Part shown: positions 39,401 through 52,500 of the stretch, piece by piece
How positions within the stretch are numbered: the stretch's first letter is position 1
Layout of the letters: each line of letters starts with the position of its first letter
The notes under the pieces: model-generated
The model's database searches: none
What the model saw: only the letters and a program-made list of their open reading frames with translations
Told to the model about the DNA's origin: nothing
NCBI GenBank assembly: GCA_010909165.1
Contig: VJWM01000107.1
Location: 1,000,708 to 1,064,707 of the forward strand
Length of the DNA stretch: 64,000 nucleotides
Direction of reading: 5' to 3'
Source of the DNA: Anthoceros angustus
Taxonomy: Eukaryota; Plantae; Anthocerotophyta
Translations under genes and position numbers: made by a program

Positions 39401-39559
39401 AGTGTCGCCACCATCGCCTAGCATCGCGTCTTTGCTTGCATGCGGACGCCGCATCACACGGGTATTTGTTTCCGCGTGAACCTATCCCGCTCCTTGAACT
39501 CAAGCATCGCTGATGGGCAGGTGTGTGTGCCTAGGAAAATTAAAGCCCGCCTCCCGATC

Positions 39560-40378
39560 CGGTGGCGGAGGAGGCTGTAGGTCCCGCCCAAGGGATTTCC
39601 ATATCCAGCTCCAAGGTTCGGCACGGGTTGGCGAATCCAGCCTCGTGGGCAAAGGATTCCGCAACCGACTCCGTGGCTCGGAGGGTTGAAAAATCCCGCT
39701 CGGTGAAAACCTCGCATAAAGGAGGGAAAGTGGGAACGGCGCAGTGGAGAAGACTCGGATGGAGAGGCGGCCGAGGAATTGTGGTCGTGGATGCGGCAGG
39801 TGTACTGAGGAGGCCGCCGCCCAGGTCAGACCCGCCGGTGGCTAGGATGCCACTGAGCCTGGAGCCACATGGAGTCTAGGCCGGCGAGGTATGGCAACCT
39901 CCACTCCGAGAAAACAGCCGCCTAGTGCAGGTTCGTGCGGCATGCAAAAACGCCGGCAAAGGCGGTAGGAGGCCTTGTAAATAGGTCCCGGCCTGCAAGG
40001 GATTTCCATATCCAGCTCCAAGGTTGTGGCAACGGGTTGGCGAATCCGCTCCCCGTAGGCAAAGGATTCCTGCAACCAGCTCCGTAGCTGGTAGGGTTGA
40101 AAATCCCGCCCCGCGCTGAAAACCTCGCATAAAGGAGGGAAAGTGGGAAGCAGGCGTTGTGGAGAGACTCGAGATGGAGGAGGCGGGGAATTGTGGTCGT
40201 GGATGCAAAGTGGTGTGCACGAGGAGGCCTGCCGTACCGACCGGTAACCCAGCCAGTCAGGCTAGGATGCCCGAGGCCTGGAGCCGGCCATGGAGTCTAG
40301 GCAGAGTGGTATGGCAACCTCCACTCCGAGAAAACAAAAGAACCTAGCCGCAGTTCTGCACGCACGGCATGCAAAGGC
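39560..40378. repeat. ~400-bp tandem duplication upstream of copia C gag core
   Basis: 39560-39955 is similar to 39960-40378 (AAGGGATTTCCATATCCAGCTCCAAGGTT...CCACTCCGAGAAAACA). Confidence 0.85.
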
Positions 40379-42001
40379 GCTAAGGGTTGAGGGAGCTCAT
40401 GTGTCGCATCGCCATCTCGGTGTCGTCCGCGGGTCTACGGAGAGGCCCCTCTGAGAGGATGAGCTTCAAGCCTGCCGCGCTCCAGCCGAGGATCTCCAGA
40501 TCTGAGGGACTTGTGCTTGGGCTGCAGCCGCTACGCTTGCGCCAATACTGTGGCGGCTTCCTCCTCCTCCTCCGTGAGAGGCGGGCGGCGCTATGTCCGA
40601 CCGGGTTCTCCGAGTCCACAGTGTCGGTCGATAGGTGCACCACAGTAGCGGTAGCGGGTTTAGGGCCATGGCCGCTTCATGCCTCAGGCCCGCTCTCGCT
40701 CAGTGGCGCTCTCTCGTGCGAGGTGTCCGTGTGCAAGTTGTTGATCTCGGTTCCGTGAGCTCAAGATGGGCACTGTTAATGCTCTTCCAGTGTCAGGTGC
40801 GGGCCGAGGGCTCCACCGGCCAGGTGTCGACGAGCACGCTCGCGATGTGTGTTCGAGATCGACGCGCTTGGCCGAGGATCTGTTCGCGCGTTCGGCCTAC
40901 TCGCATCGCCCAAGGTTGCGTGTTGATTGCAAGGCATCGGCATGATTCGTGAGCTCCTTCCACAAGCTTGCGCCGCTTGAAAAACAAGTGCCATTTGAGA
41001 TCTCCCGTTTCTATGCATGGTGAGGTGGGGCCGAGGTACATGGCCTCGTAATAAGGTGTGACGACCCTTTTGCTGGCTTCCGATCCTCTTGCATCAAAGC
41101 TTCCAAATTGCTGTATCAAAATGGATATTTGGGCTTTGAGCAGAGATTTGAGAGAATCATCTGTGAGGGCCTCGATTCCGCCGCTTGAACATGAGCATCA
41201 ACGGATCCACAGTTGGAGGATGATGGTGGTGTTGGTGTCTTAGCGAGGCGGTGGATTGAATTCCTTTTATGTCGCCTATGATTATGTAAGCGGTCCTAGA
41301 GCACATAAACGCAAACCCGCGTTTGGATGTAGGGGTGGCCGAGGAAGGCTGATGTTGTGGGACCCCGACCCGGAAAGCCTTGATCTGCCTTCCACAGCCG
41401 GGCATTTGCGGCCAAGCTAAAGTAGCTTCTCGTTCGAGCTCTCGATTTGCTGTTAGGCATTTTCAAATGCCGTTGTCTGCATAGTTTATCTAGCGATGCA
41501 GCGGAAAATTAGGTTGATCTAGCATCATTAGGAACAATTTTTCAGAGGGCCTGCTAGACTAAATCGTGTGATGCAGGCAGTGGATGTTTTAGAACACACT
41601 GGCCAGCATCCATATTCGGTAGTGGGTGCCGGACGCTGTGTTTGTAAAACATTTCAGCGTCAGCATCATTACCATAAAATAAATTTTTCGGACTAAAAAT
41701 ATATAAGGAGGAGTATAATATCTAAGCAAAAATGCAAGAGCATTTCTTAGATGCTATACCCCTCTCCTGTTGCTCTAAGGACAAAATATTGACTCGATAC
41801 CATGACAATATTCTAGAGATGCTAGAAGATGCATAAGAGCAAACTTGTCATAGAGAAAACAAGACAATATATTAAGTGATCAAAAGAGTGTCTTATATAC
41901 ATAAGTTGTTTAACTCTAAGTGACCTTTCATTATACAACCCTAATTACTTAACCCGTGACCGGTTATATATATACAACCCTAATGGGTCATCTCATCACA
42001 C

Positions 42002-42830
42002 AGGACAACACGGAGCTATGGTGAGTCGACGTAAAACATTTCCGCTTCTCCTCAGACTTTCTCATCTTCCGTGAGGATTTTGAAGGAAGGTTTTCTCCCA
42101 CCGCACTTGCCGACTTGCCCCATTTCGACTTGCTAGGAGGGTTGGAGGAGCCAAGATGCTTGTACTTGTTCGCCATAATTCATGGCGGCCTTCATGGCGC
42201 CGACAAGAGTGCTGGGGTTGGTCTGATTAACGTCCGCACGGAGCTCAAATCAAGGCCATCTATGAATTTCTCAACCTTTTGTTCTTCATCAAGGCGCTGG
42301 AGGTCCAAGGTAAGTCAGAAAACTTGTCACAGATTCCCGCATGCAGCCTTGTTGGTAGATTTTGCTAAACCGCTGATACAAGTCTCGCTAGGTTTGCGTG
42401 AAGGAAATGTTCCAGAATACCGCCTCAACACGCCCAAGTGTATATGGCGGTGTTCCATACCCAAGTCTACCCGCCGCTCGTTGCCTCCACTCAAATATAA
42501 AGCGTAGCCCCGAGTGACATCACATGTAATTGTATGCTCAAGGTCATCCTTTCACCGCCAGTATTTCTCCATTTTATCTAGCCACCATACACGGCTTGAG
42601 CCTCCTTAGTCAGTCCCGGCCGAAAGTGGTCGCCTTGATCTTCCGTTGTAACTCCTTGTCCAAATTGCAGGGCGAGGCTTGAAATGTTGCTCGTCCCCTT
42701 CCAACAATTCCGACCTCCTTTGCCTTGGCTTGCTCCCACCTCGATCGCGATGAGTTGGAGGCGCCTAGCCGTGGCCTTGATATCTTTGTTCTCCTTTCCT
42801 GGCCGGCAGCAGCCTCCACCACCCCTCAAT
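42002..42830 (-). pseudogene. gag: Gypsy B gag
   Basis: KIKATTF, NKYKHLGSSNPPSKSKWGKSA, KRKCFT; clearly homologous to gypsy A gag. Confidence 0.8.
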
Positions 42831-43804
42831 GACTCTTCTCGAATTCTCCAATGGATTCGCAGACAGGAGCCTCGACCTTCCTCTTCCTCTCGCCTCCATC
42901 CGCTTATGGGTGTGGGGCGGTACGTCCTGCCTCTCGTACTGTGAACAACGGGAGGAGAGGATTGTGGTGGGTCGGCCGGTCCTCCGACCGGTGCTCGCTG
43001 GCGTGGTCCGATCCCGACTCAAGAGACTGCCTAGGCACTGCAAGACGCCATAGCCTTCCAATTTGCTTTTGGTTGGCCCGACAACGTGTCGAGTTCGCAG
43101 TTAATTTCGACCCACACATCAATAACTCAGTAGCCTTGCCCGAGGTGTCGCCAAAGAAGATTTCGAGGTGAGAGATCCTCCGATCCATGTCCGCCGGGCC
43201 GTTTGTCTCCGTAGAAAGTGTTTCCCACCATTTCGCCGTGGTCGCGCTGCTGTGTTCCCACGGAGCCGGGAGGGCGTCGTTCGCACGACTCGCTTCCTGG
43301 GCCGGTCGCATATTTCGATCACTGCAAGATGTGGCGGCCGAGAGTCTTCTCGCTCGACTCAGATCGGGTCTGTGGCTTCCCCGAGTCGCTCTTCGCCCGA
43401 CGCCGCCTCACTGTCCTTCGGTGGCCGGTCGGGAGCTTGACCGAGCACCTGGATCTCGCGCCTTCCCCGATTCGCCTCACCGGTGGCCTCCTCGACCAGA
43501 CTGACCGCCGATGCTTCCGACACTGATCCTCGCCGGCTGTGAGTTCCCGCCTCCATCTCGTTGTGCTTGTCGTTTCCCATGTCCGCCGACGAGAGCCTTG
43601 TTGGGTGCATCTAGCCACCTCCCGCCGAGAATGGAAATACAATGAAGCATTTACTTCGAGGTATGTCCGATCTTGACTACCCGGGAGTCCGCCTTCTTGT
43701 CTCGCTTCAGACACGCCTCGATGCAGCCGGATCTGCCGCCACCGACCTCCATTTTATTTCCGGATCTTGTACCTCTGCAGGTGATTCACTTGCTCGATAC
43801 CAAA

Positions 43805-44251
43805 TGTAACTAGTCGGCCTCAATTCTACGCCGCCAGAATTCTAGGACGCACCGCCACCGCTAGGTGAGCCTGCTGCACGTGGCTGCATTCTTTCACCGT
43901 TGTTTACTTTACATAGCCGCATCGCCCCGAACGCAAGACCCGCTACGCAACTATTAGTCACGCTTTCGTTTTAACCTACTGCTAGTACCAACTTGGGTTT
44001 TCGTTAACTACGGTTTATCACTAACTAAGGTCACCGGTTCGTTAAGTTCTAACCTCCAGTTAGTATTCGCTTCTGACGTTTATCGCCTAAGTTTCTATCG
44101 CAGTTTCTTTGGCAACGCGATTCGGTCGGCATTCGCTGCCCCTTAAGTCTGCCGGCCGGTCGCGTCCGCGGCCGGGCTCCCTGCACTGATAGCATGCTTC
44201 AGGCCCTCGTTCAGATAGGCACGGGCGTTTTCCGCTCCTGCTGGTGTAACA
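43805..44251 (-). repeat. 5' LTR of gypsy B
   Basis: Direct repeat of 30495-30941; PBS adjacent; TSD follows. Confidence 0.93.
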
Positions 44252-44393
44252 AATGTTGGATCAAAAAGCTCCAAATCATACACGATACATGAGCCGCCCA
44301 AACTGCCACCTAACCACCTTGAATGTGCTTGGATGAGGATGACACGTATTCACCTCACCAAAGCACATTGATAAGAGCGCTCCCAAAATCCCA

Positions 44394-44643
44394 AAGAACG
44401 TAAGAAACCAGCCTATTGTCACTAAACCACTTTAAAACTCTTAAGAATTGGACCCCAAAGAACGTAAGAAACCAGCCTATTGTCAATAAACCACTTTAAA
44501 ACTCTTAAGAATTGGACCCTGAAGAACGTAAGAAATCAACCTATCCTCAATAAATCACTCTAAAACTCTTAAGAATTGGACCCCGACGAACGTAAGAAAC
44601 CAGCCTATGGTCAATAAACCACTTTAAAACTCTAAAGAATTAG
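44394..44643 (+). repeat. 4x ~63-bp minisatellite, unit 3
   Basis: Same motif as 22686-22930. Confidence 0.95.
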
Positions 44644-46399
44644 ACTGACGCAATGTTTTTTGTGGACGAACTTTCGCTGGCGGATGGACGGATCACGGAC
44701 CTTGTTAGAAGACTCGGAGCCTAAGAAGTTCAACATCGCAACAATAGTGTGGGATGAGGAAGACCCAGCAACAATTGCCCGACGGTGCTTGGAAGACTTG
44801 GATCTAATGATCAAGCACAAACATGGGGGTATACACTTTCGGGGTGTTGACAAGCCCCATGGGAACTACTATTGGGACTATTTCTGGAATTTTTATTCCG
44901 CACGGAGGTGCAAGTTCCTCCTCCGTGAAGCTGAAACTCTAAGGACTCGGTTAGAGAGCATTTCATTTCCTGAAGCAACCTTCTAAATCAAGAGATCGTT
45001 TGTGTGCACGGCTTGTTAGGCAAACAGGAGCCGTGAAGGAAAGCTTAGCGAATGATGAGTCGATGACAAGCCTTAGGTTAGGACATCAAGCCTTTTGCAC
45101 TTGAATGTGGTGAGGTCCGAGGTGCCACTTTGTTAGATATACCTATGCACATGTGTAACATATAGTTATAGGCGTATTAGTATGGGAACACATACACACG
45201 GGCAGCAAATGTATGAGCTCTTTCTCACTATCATTCGTCAAAGGATTCCACCAACCAGTTTGCCTCAAGCTTGAGGGCTTTATGTGATGCCATTCCGCAA
45301 TGTTCGCTTTGTGTCACGACCGGTGGTAATCCACTACCGCAAGGGCTGCAAGAGAACTGCAAGTTGGCTCTTCCTAACCCCATGAGACCAGGAAAACGAT
45401 ATATTGGTCGAATCGCACAACCTAGGGCCTTAATAGGCTTACCTACGTGCTCACACCATGTGAGACTTTCAAGACGCTTTTACACTCTCAATTCATACAC
45501 ATTTCAATTTTTCCCCATCACTCGTAGTGGCATACTCACAAGGGCCATATGGACATGCATTCACGTATGGTAGGGCCCCTAGACCATGGCGGAAACGTCT
45601 GCGCCTCTCGTAGCTGGGTCCTACACAGGACACAAGTCACATATCGCTCTTTAGTGATGTAGAGGCGCAAGTGCTGATTCTTGGCACGGTGGAGAGCTCC
45701 TCCAGCTATCGCCACCATGCTTAAACAAAAGACACTTTCAAAAAGCAGCTCACGTAGGAAGAAATGCCACCATTTCTTAAGCCAAATAGACAACATTTAT
45801 AAGAACGTGGTTACTAAGCATCTTGTGCTTGATCGATACTTAGATGGGGTGTCTAGAGTGGATACCCTTGGTGCGAATAATGAGGCACACTATAGTACAA
45901 GTTGTTAAGAACCAAGTCCTATTATAGGAAAATTCAATCAAGTGGACTATAATAGACAAAGAGCTAGGTAAAGATTTAGAATCACCCACCTTAGTAGAAA
46001 AAGGGACCCACACTCATCCATGCCTCGTCTCATCATCACTAACCACATCATTTATGTGCGGAAAATGCTCAGCTTATGTGTGTGAATCACATTCCTCAGC
46101 ATTTATTTCGTAAATAATGTCAATCCCATTTATTGTTGCAATCATTTCATTCCGCATTTCATTGAGGATTTCATCTAGTCTTGTGCATTGTAAGAAGCTC
46201 ATCCGTGTTTATCTCATCATCATGAAGATTTTATTATTATAATCTAATTATATGATGTTTAAATTAGTTTATTATTAAAAATATAATAAAATATAAAATA
46301 AGGAGATGAATATTTAGTATCCGTGCGAATAGACATAACGATTTTCATAGCGACTATAACGACTTAACTTACTTAATGAGAAACTCTATTGAGAGAGTA

Positions 46400-46750
46400 G
46401 AGATGAGAGGATCTACATATGTTTATCAAAATGAAGAAGCCGATGATTCAAGTGACTGCAAATTTTGCCTTGATAAACTTGAGGTGGGCCAAGAGATTAC
46501 TAAAATAAACATATGTGCTCATTTGTATCACAAAAATGTTTGATCCATGGTTGCATATGTGTGGCGTGACGACATGCCCACTATATGTAGACGTGAAGTA
46601 TACTTTAGAGAAGAGAATACAAATAGTGGTTTATCATCTCAAGACCGGTTTACCCTGGTTTTCACCTAACCTCATGCCCCGCCTCATGGCCTTGTTGTTC
46701 CATGTTTTAGCATCCTTGGCTAATCGTAGTTGTCATGCACAACATTAGTT
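46400..46750 (+). pseudogene. RING-H2 finger cassette a, unit 4
   Basis: FDPWLHMCGVTTCPL in ORF 46515..46748; homologous to the other a cassettes. Confidence 0.75.
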
Positions 46751-47229
46751 GTAGTTTTGTTAGGATTTAGGATTATCGTTGTTTTCTTTCCACAAAAATC
46801 ATTCAATTTTTTTAACAATATGCTTTTCAAAAGAATATCCGCCTTTAAATCATTATGTGAGATGTACGTGTTCTTCAAACATATCTTGAAAGAGTTCACA
46901 TGGGCGAAATCCAAGGACAAAATAAAAATGACACATGGGCCAAATCAAGTACAAAATAAAAACCGAAACATGATCGAAATCCAAGGACAAAATAGAAAAT
47001 GACAGCCTAAATAAACAAAAGTAGGTCAAATTTTAGATGTACAAAATCCAAGGTCATTATCAAAATGATGGCCTATATATGAAGGTATATGCTTCTTTCA
47101 CATACTTTAGAAAAGAGGGTATTTTCATAACCTTTTGAAGAGGTTTTTCTCATAACATTTACTATTCTTCGTGCATTACGGTTATACTAGCCTACATAAC
47201 ATTCAGAATATTGTTAGAAATCATGAACA

Positions 47230-47712
47230 CGTCTTCAATTTACAATGTATCTACAAATGTTTATCAAAATGAAGAAGCGATGATTCAAGTGACTTGTCTT
47301 TTTGCCTTGATAGTCTTGAGGTGGGCCAGGATTACTAAAATAAATATATGCTCATTTGTATCATAAAAATGTTTAGATCCATGGTTACATATGTGCGGGC
47401 GTAGACATGCCCATTATGTAGACGTGAAATACACTTTAGAGAAGAGATTAGAAAAAGGTTTACCATCTCAAGACGAAAGTCATCTTCCACATCAATTTCG
47501 AATGACCTCATTTCCATCCAAGAGGACATTCAAATGATAAGAGATATTGTGAGGGAGAGTAGAGATGGATATAATGTCGCAGCGGATTGAACAAAGCTTC
47601 CGACAAGATGGAGAAAATGCAATCCAAAGTAACGTAAGATGAAAGGCTTTTCTTGTATGTTGAATTGCAATGGTGTCTTGCTATATATGAACAGGCATCC
47701 GGATCAAGTAGC
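47230..47712 (+). pseudogene. RING-H2 finger cassette b, unit 4
   Basis: Homologous to 21550-22045. Confidence 0.75.
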
Positions 47713-48353
47713 TTTGGCACTATCCTATGGTGGATAGGGCCATCCCATCTAGTGAGTACACACACCTATTATAGATGGAGCCACCCTTTCCAACGAGTAC
47801 ACCTAGATGATTTAGATCATCTCATTTATATTGAGAAGAAAGTATTAAATAATCATTTGAATTAATTTTGATTATTTTAGTTATTTATTTAATAATTATC
47901 ATATAACTATCTTCTATTTTTGTATAGATAAGTCATTTTTCTGATTAAATTTACATGAATATTTATGGGTTTTCAAAACAATTCTGGTTTTGTTGAAAAT
48001 ATACATAAAAAATAGGACAAAGCCCTCCAAAGAGACCTTCACATGTGAGACAATATGACCCTCCAGCAAAGACAAGTGGACAATGTTGAATAAGAACACC
48101 TACACACGAACCTAAAACACCGACTACCTCCGAACTCCCAATCCACTCAAAGCTTGAGACTCATAAGTAAACCTCAAACGACACCATCCAACCAGCCAAG
48201 CTGATAACATGGCCAATGTAGGATCAAAAAGCTCCAAATCATACACGATACATGAGCCGCCCAAAGCGCCACCTAACGCTTGAATGTGCTTGGATGAGGA
48301 TGACACGTATTCACCTCACCAAAGCACATTGATAAGAGCGCTCCCAAAATCCA

Positions 48354-48595
48354 AAGAACGTAAGAAACCAGCCTATTGTCACTAAACCACTTTAAAACTC
48401 TTAAGAATTGGACCCCAAAGAACGTAAGAAACCAGCCTATTGTCAATAAACCACTTTAAAACTCTTAAGAATTGGACAAGAACGTAAGAAATCAACCTAT
48501 CCTCAATAAATCACTCTAAAACTCTTAAGAATTGGACACGAACGTAAGAAACCAGCCTATGGTCAATAAACCACTTTAAAACTCTAAAGAATTAG
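48354..48595 (+). repeat. 4x ~63-bp minisatellite, unit 4
   Basis: Same motif. Confidence 0.95.
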
Positions 48596-49509
48596 TGACG
48601 CAATGTTTTTGTGGACGAACTCGGATGGATGATCACGGACCTTGTTAGAAGACTCGAGCCTAAGAAGTTCAACATCGCAACAATAGTGTGGGATGAGGAA
48701 GACCCAAAGAACAATTGCCGGTGCTTGGAAGACTTGGATCTAATGATCAAGCACAAACATGAGGGTATACACTTTGGTGTTGACAAGCCCCATGGGAACT
48801 ACTATTGGGACTATTTCTGGAATTTTTATTCCGGACGGTCGAGGCAGCAAGTTCCTCCTCTGAAGTCGAAAACCTCTAAGGACTCGGTTAGTAGAGCATT
48901 TCATTTCCCAAGAAGCAACCTTCTAAATCAAGAGATCGATTTGTGTGCACGGCTTGTTAGGCAAACAGGAGCCGTGAAGGAAAGCTTAGCGAATGATGAG
49001 TCGGACAAGCGCCTTAGGTTAGGACATCAAGCCTTTTGCACTTGAATGTGGTGAGGTCCGAGGGTGCCACTTTGTTAGATATACCTATGCACATGTGTAA
49101 CATATAGTTATAGGCAGTACATAGTATGGGAACACATACACACGGGCAGCAAATGTATGAGCTCTTTCTCACTATCATTCCAAAGGATTCCACCAACCAG
49201 TTTGCCTCAAGCTTGAGGGCTTTATGTGATGCCGTTCACGCAATGTTCGGCTTTGTGTCACGACACGGTGGTAATCCACTACCCGCAAGGGCTGCAAGGG
49301 AACTGCAAGTTGGCTCTTCCTAACCCCATGAGACCAGGAAACGATATATTGGTCGAATCGCACAACCTAGGGCCTTAATAGCTTACCTGCTCACACCATG
49401 TGAGACTTTCAAGACGCTTTTACACTCTCAATTCATACACATTTCAATTTTTCCCCATCACCGTAGTGGCATACCGGCGGCCATATGGACATGCATTCAC
49501 GATGGTAGT

Positions 49510-52500
49510 TGTAGACGCATCCGACTTGGAAACTGCTGGGACGCGCCCTAAGTGTTTTTTTTTGTTTTGGGATCCGTGTGAAATAAGTCGGGTTGGTAGT
49601 AGGCAGGTATTTATAGAAGAAATGCCCTTGGCCTATGGATTCTTTTCTTGTTTTGATTTTTAAGTTAGAAAATAAATGGTCCGGAATTTGGTGTTCCTTG
49701 GCCCATGGACTCGGAATGTTCCTAAAAAGTCTATATATGTGAGATAGGGGGTTTGGAATAATTAGAGTGTGATAGGTCTATAAGTGACGCGCCAGAGTGA
49801 ATGAGTGGGGTTGTGGATTGGGATGTGGAAGCAGAGAGGTAACAGAGTAGGGGAACCGGGAAACTTAACCCTAGGAATGATGTAATCCTGCTCAAACAAC
49901 GGAGCGCCGACGGAGCGACCGGAGCGCGACGAAGCGGGAGTCGGTCCGGGGCACCGTGATCGCAGGAGGGCGAGGCGCAACGACGGGAAGGAGCCCAACC
50001 CCGTCCGATATCGCGAGGCGCGACGCAGAGGAGGAAGGCGACCGCGCCCTTGCCGAGGAGGTAGGAACCCCGAGACCGACCTCCGTGAAATTCGCAGAGG
50101 TGGCGCTGGTTTGAGACCAGAAGACTGGAGAGGGATGGCGCCCAAGGTCACCACCGAATTGTGCTTGCCCAATGGCCGAACATGGATCATTGGAAAGTTC
50201 GAGCTGAGGGTGAAGGAGTCAAGCCGGGTTTCATGGAAGAGCGGTGGAATTACATGAACTCGGACAGGAGGTGCGCGCCACCGGGACAAAACCAAAGCGG
50301 GGATTTAGAGGCCGCAGGATTGGGACCGGAGTTGGTTAGAAGGGTGTGGCGGGCGGAGGAGGCGGGCGGTTGGTGATGGAGCCGCCCAGAAAAGAAGCAC
50401 AAGAGCAGCACCGCCCGTTAAAGCGGGCGACGCGAACCCAACGGGCCGGGTTGACGAGGGATTTGGCTGCTTGATGGGTCCGCCAGTGGCTCCTATGTTT
50501 CGCAGACAAGAAGCGTGATTATTTGTGTCACCACTTGCCGCTTCATGAAGTGGTCAAGGGGCGAAGATCGAGAATTCTCTCGACAAGTTGTGTGAAGAGA
50601 GGTTGAACTTGATTTCCTCCGCCTCGGCCTCTAATCTCACCATTTCGTCCATCTTTATGTTTACGCTAACCGCCCCGCTGAGGTGGAGATTGTAGCCTCC
50701 TCCACATGTGGAAGCCGCTAGGGAGGTGAAATGGAAGGCGGAGGAGCCCAAGGAGGAAAAATCGGATAGCCGGGAGCACAGGCCTGGAGGAGGAGAAGGA
50801 AATTCCACCAAAGAAAAGGAGGAAGACCGGGGTGAAAGGCGGCATCAAAAAAGGTGAGAGCGGATGCGCGTCACTGTGTCGAAAAACGGGCGCTACAGAA
50901 AATGAAAGCCAAACGGGCTTGGAGGTGGCGAAGAGGAGGCGCGATCCGAGGACAATTTTGCCGACTGGATGCGATGATGAATCAACGGAGGGTTTAGGCT
51001 GACCTCGGACCCTCCTCAAAGATGGGAAGAGATTTTCAAGGGACTCCACCGCAACAGAGGTGGATGCAACCGAATTGGTGAGGGTGCGCACTGGGAGGAA
51101 AGTTCTCGAGGGATGGCGTCTGGGCCGCCACAACAAGTGGACTTGTGAGCCGACCACGCCGATGATCCGCCCCAAGCGATTTGTTGGATCAAGCGGCTTT
51201 AGCTCACCGCCTGTGCAGGGCGACGGAGGAAGTGGTGAAGGCCAGTTTGACGAAGAGGAGGCCAAGCGCAAGCAATCGGAGGAAGACAAGCGGAACCTAG
51301 AGGAAATAAGGGCCAAGATTCAAGAAGATTTGTGCAGGCCTGTGAGAAGTTGCAAGCCATGACGAGCCAGGAAGCACTCATGGCTCAAATTAAGGATGCC
51401 CAGAGACGAACCAGAGATGCAGGGGAGTTGTTGCAGCCCAGAGCGTGAAGCGGCCTCGTGGAAAAGGCCCATAAGCTAGCGGAGCGATATAAGCGGAGCG
51501 GATGAGGCACGTGGGCCGTAAAAGACAAAGGGAAGGGGAAGCGGGTAGCAGGACCACGATCGAGTAGCGGAAGGCCTACCGAGGAAGGAAGCAAGAACCG
51601 AGGTAGCCGAAACCTCACCTACCGCGGGTTGTCGAACAACGACGGCCGTGGAGTCCACTACCGCGTAGTCGAAACCGCCACCGACATTGGCGCAACCAAC
51701 CCAAGCGTGCGTGGCGGATGCGACGTGGCGCCTCGCGAGGACATAGGCCAGCAACTGTGTAGCCTACGGGAGGAGGGGTAAGCTCAAGGGGGTCCTATAT
51801 TACGGCACATGGATGAGGAAACTTATGGTCTATATGTGAATGGAGAACGCGTGCTTAACCTCACCGCCCATGTGCGTGTGGAAATAGGAGGGATCGTGGC
51901 CTACCATCGCAAGTGAGGACCAAGTACTTCTACCATCGCCCGGTGTGGGGGTCCTATTATGCGGAGGCGACTTTGGAGGAGTTGAGCGAGGAGGAGGTCC
52001 AGCTTGGGTGGACGAGGAGCCGAATAATCCTCAAGAATAGGCGGCCGGAAGATGCGAAGCCCAGGTGGTACACCTCAAATTCGACGCCCAGGGATGAGGT
52101 GGAAGTAGTGTGGGAGAACCCGTCCACCAGCGCGTGGCAAGGAGAGCTCGTGGCGGCAGCAATGGAGGACGAGGCCGACGCCAAGTCGAGGTAGGGCAGA
52201 CAGCGAGGGTGAGGTGGTAGCAACCTAAAGATAATTTGGTTAGGATGCTGACCTAGGATCGCCCGACCAGGCCCTTCGCGATAGCCATCTTAGGACCTAA
52301 AATCAGGTGCCCCACCGATGTATAAGAGGGGCGAATTAGGTCCCTCACGATAATTCCCCGGTTGAGATCCCCACGCCTGTGGCTGGTTGGAGACGTCCGA
52401 CACAGAGGCGGTGGTGGCGCAGACGCCCTAGGGGTGGTCGAGAGCTTGCTCGCACTGGGAGGAGGGGTGATAAAGCAATCTTGGCCGACAAAGGAGGAGG

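Larger units (their letters stand above)
34985..42001 (-). mobile_element. Ty1/copia LTR retrotransposon C nested in the gag zinc knuckle of gypsy B
   Basis: LTRs 34985-35192 and 41803-~42001 (TGACAATATTCTAGAG...), TSD AGGAC (34980-34984 / 42002-42006), PBS ACTCGATACCA 41792-41802, PPT AAGGGGTG. The host frame C-P-HRKDFISWLKETG is restored on removal. Confidence 0.92.
30495..44251 (-). mobile_element. Ty3/gypsy chromovirus B, structurally complete, containing nested copia C
   Basis: LTRs 30495-30941 and 43805-44251 (TGTAAC...GTAACA), TSD AATGT (30490-30494 / 44252-44256), PPT AAGTGGGGGAGGA 30942-30954, PBS 43792-43802. Domain order gag, PR, RT, RH, IN, chromodomain. Confidence 0.95.
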
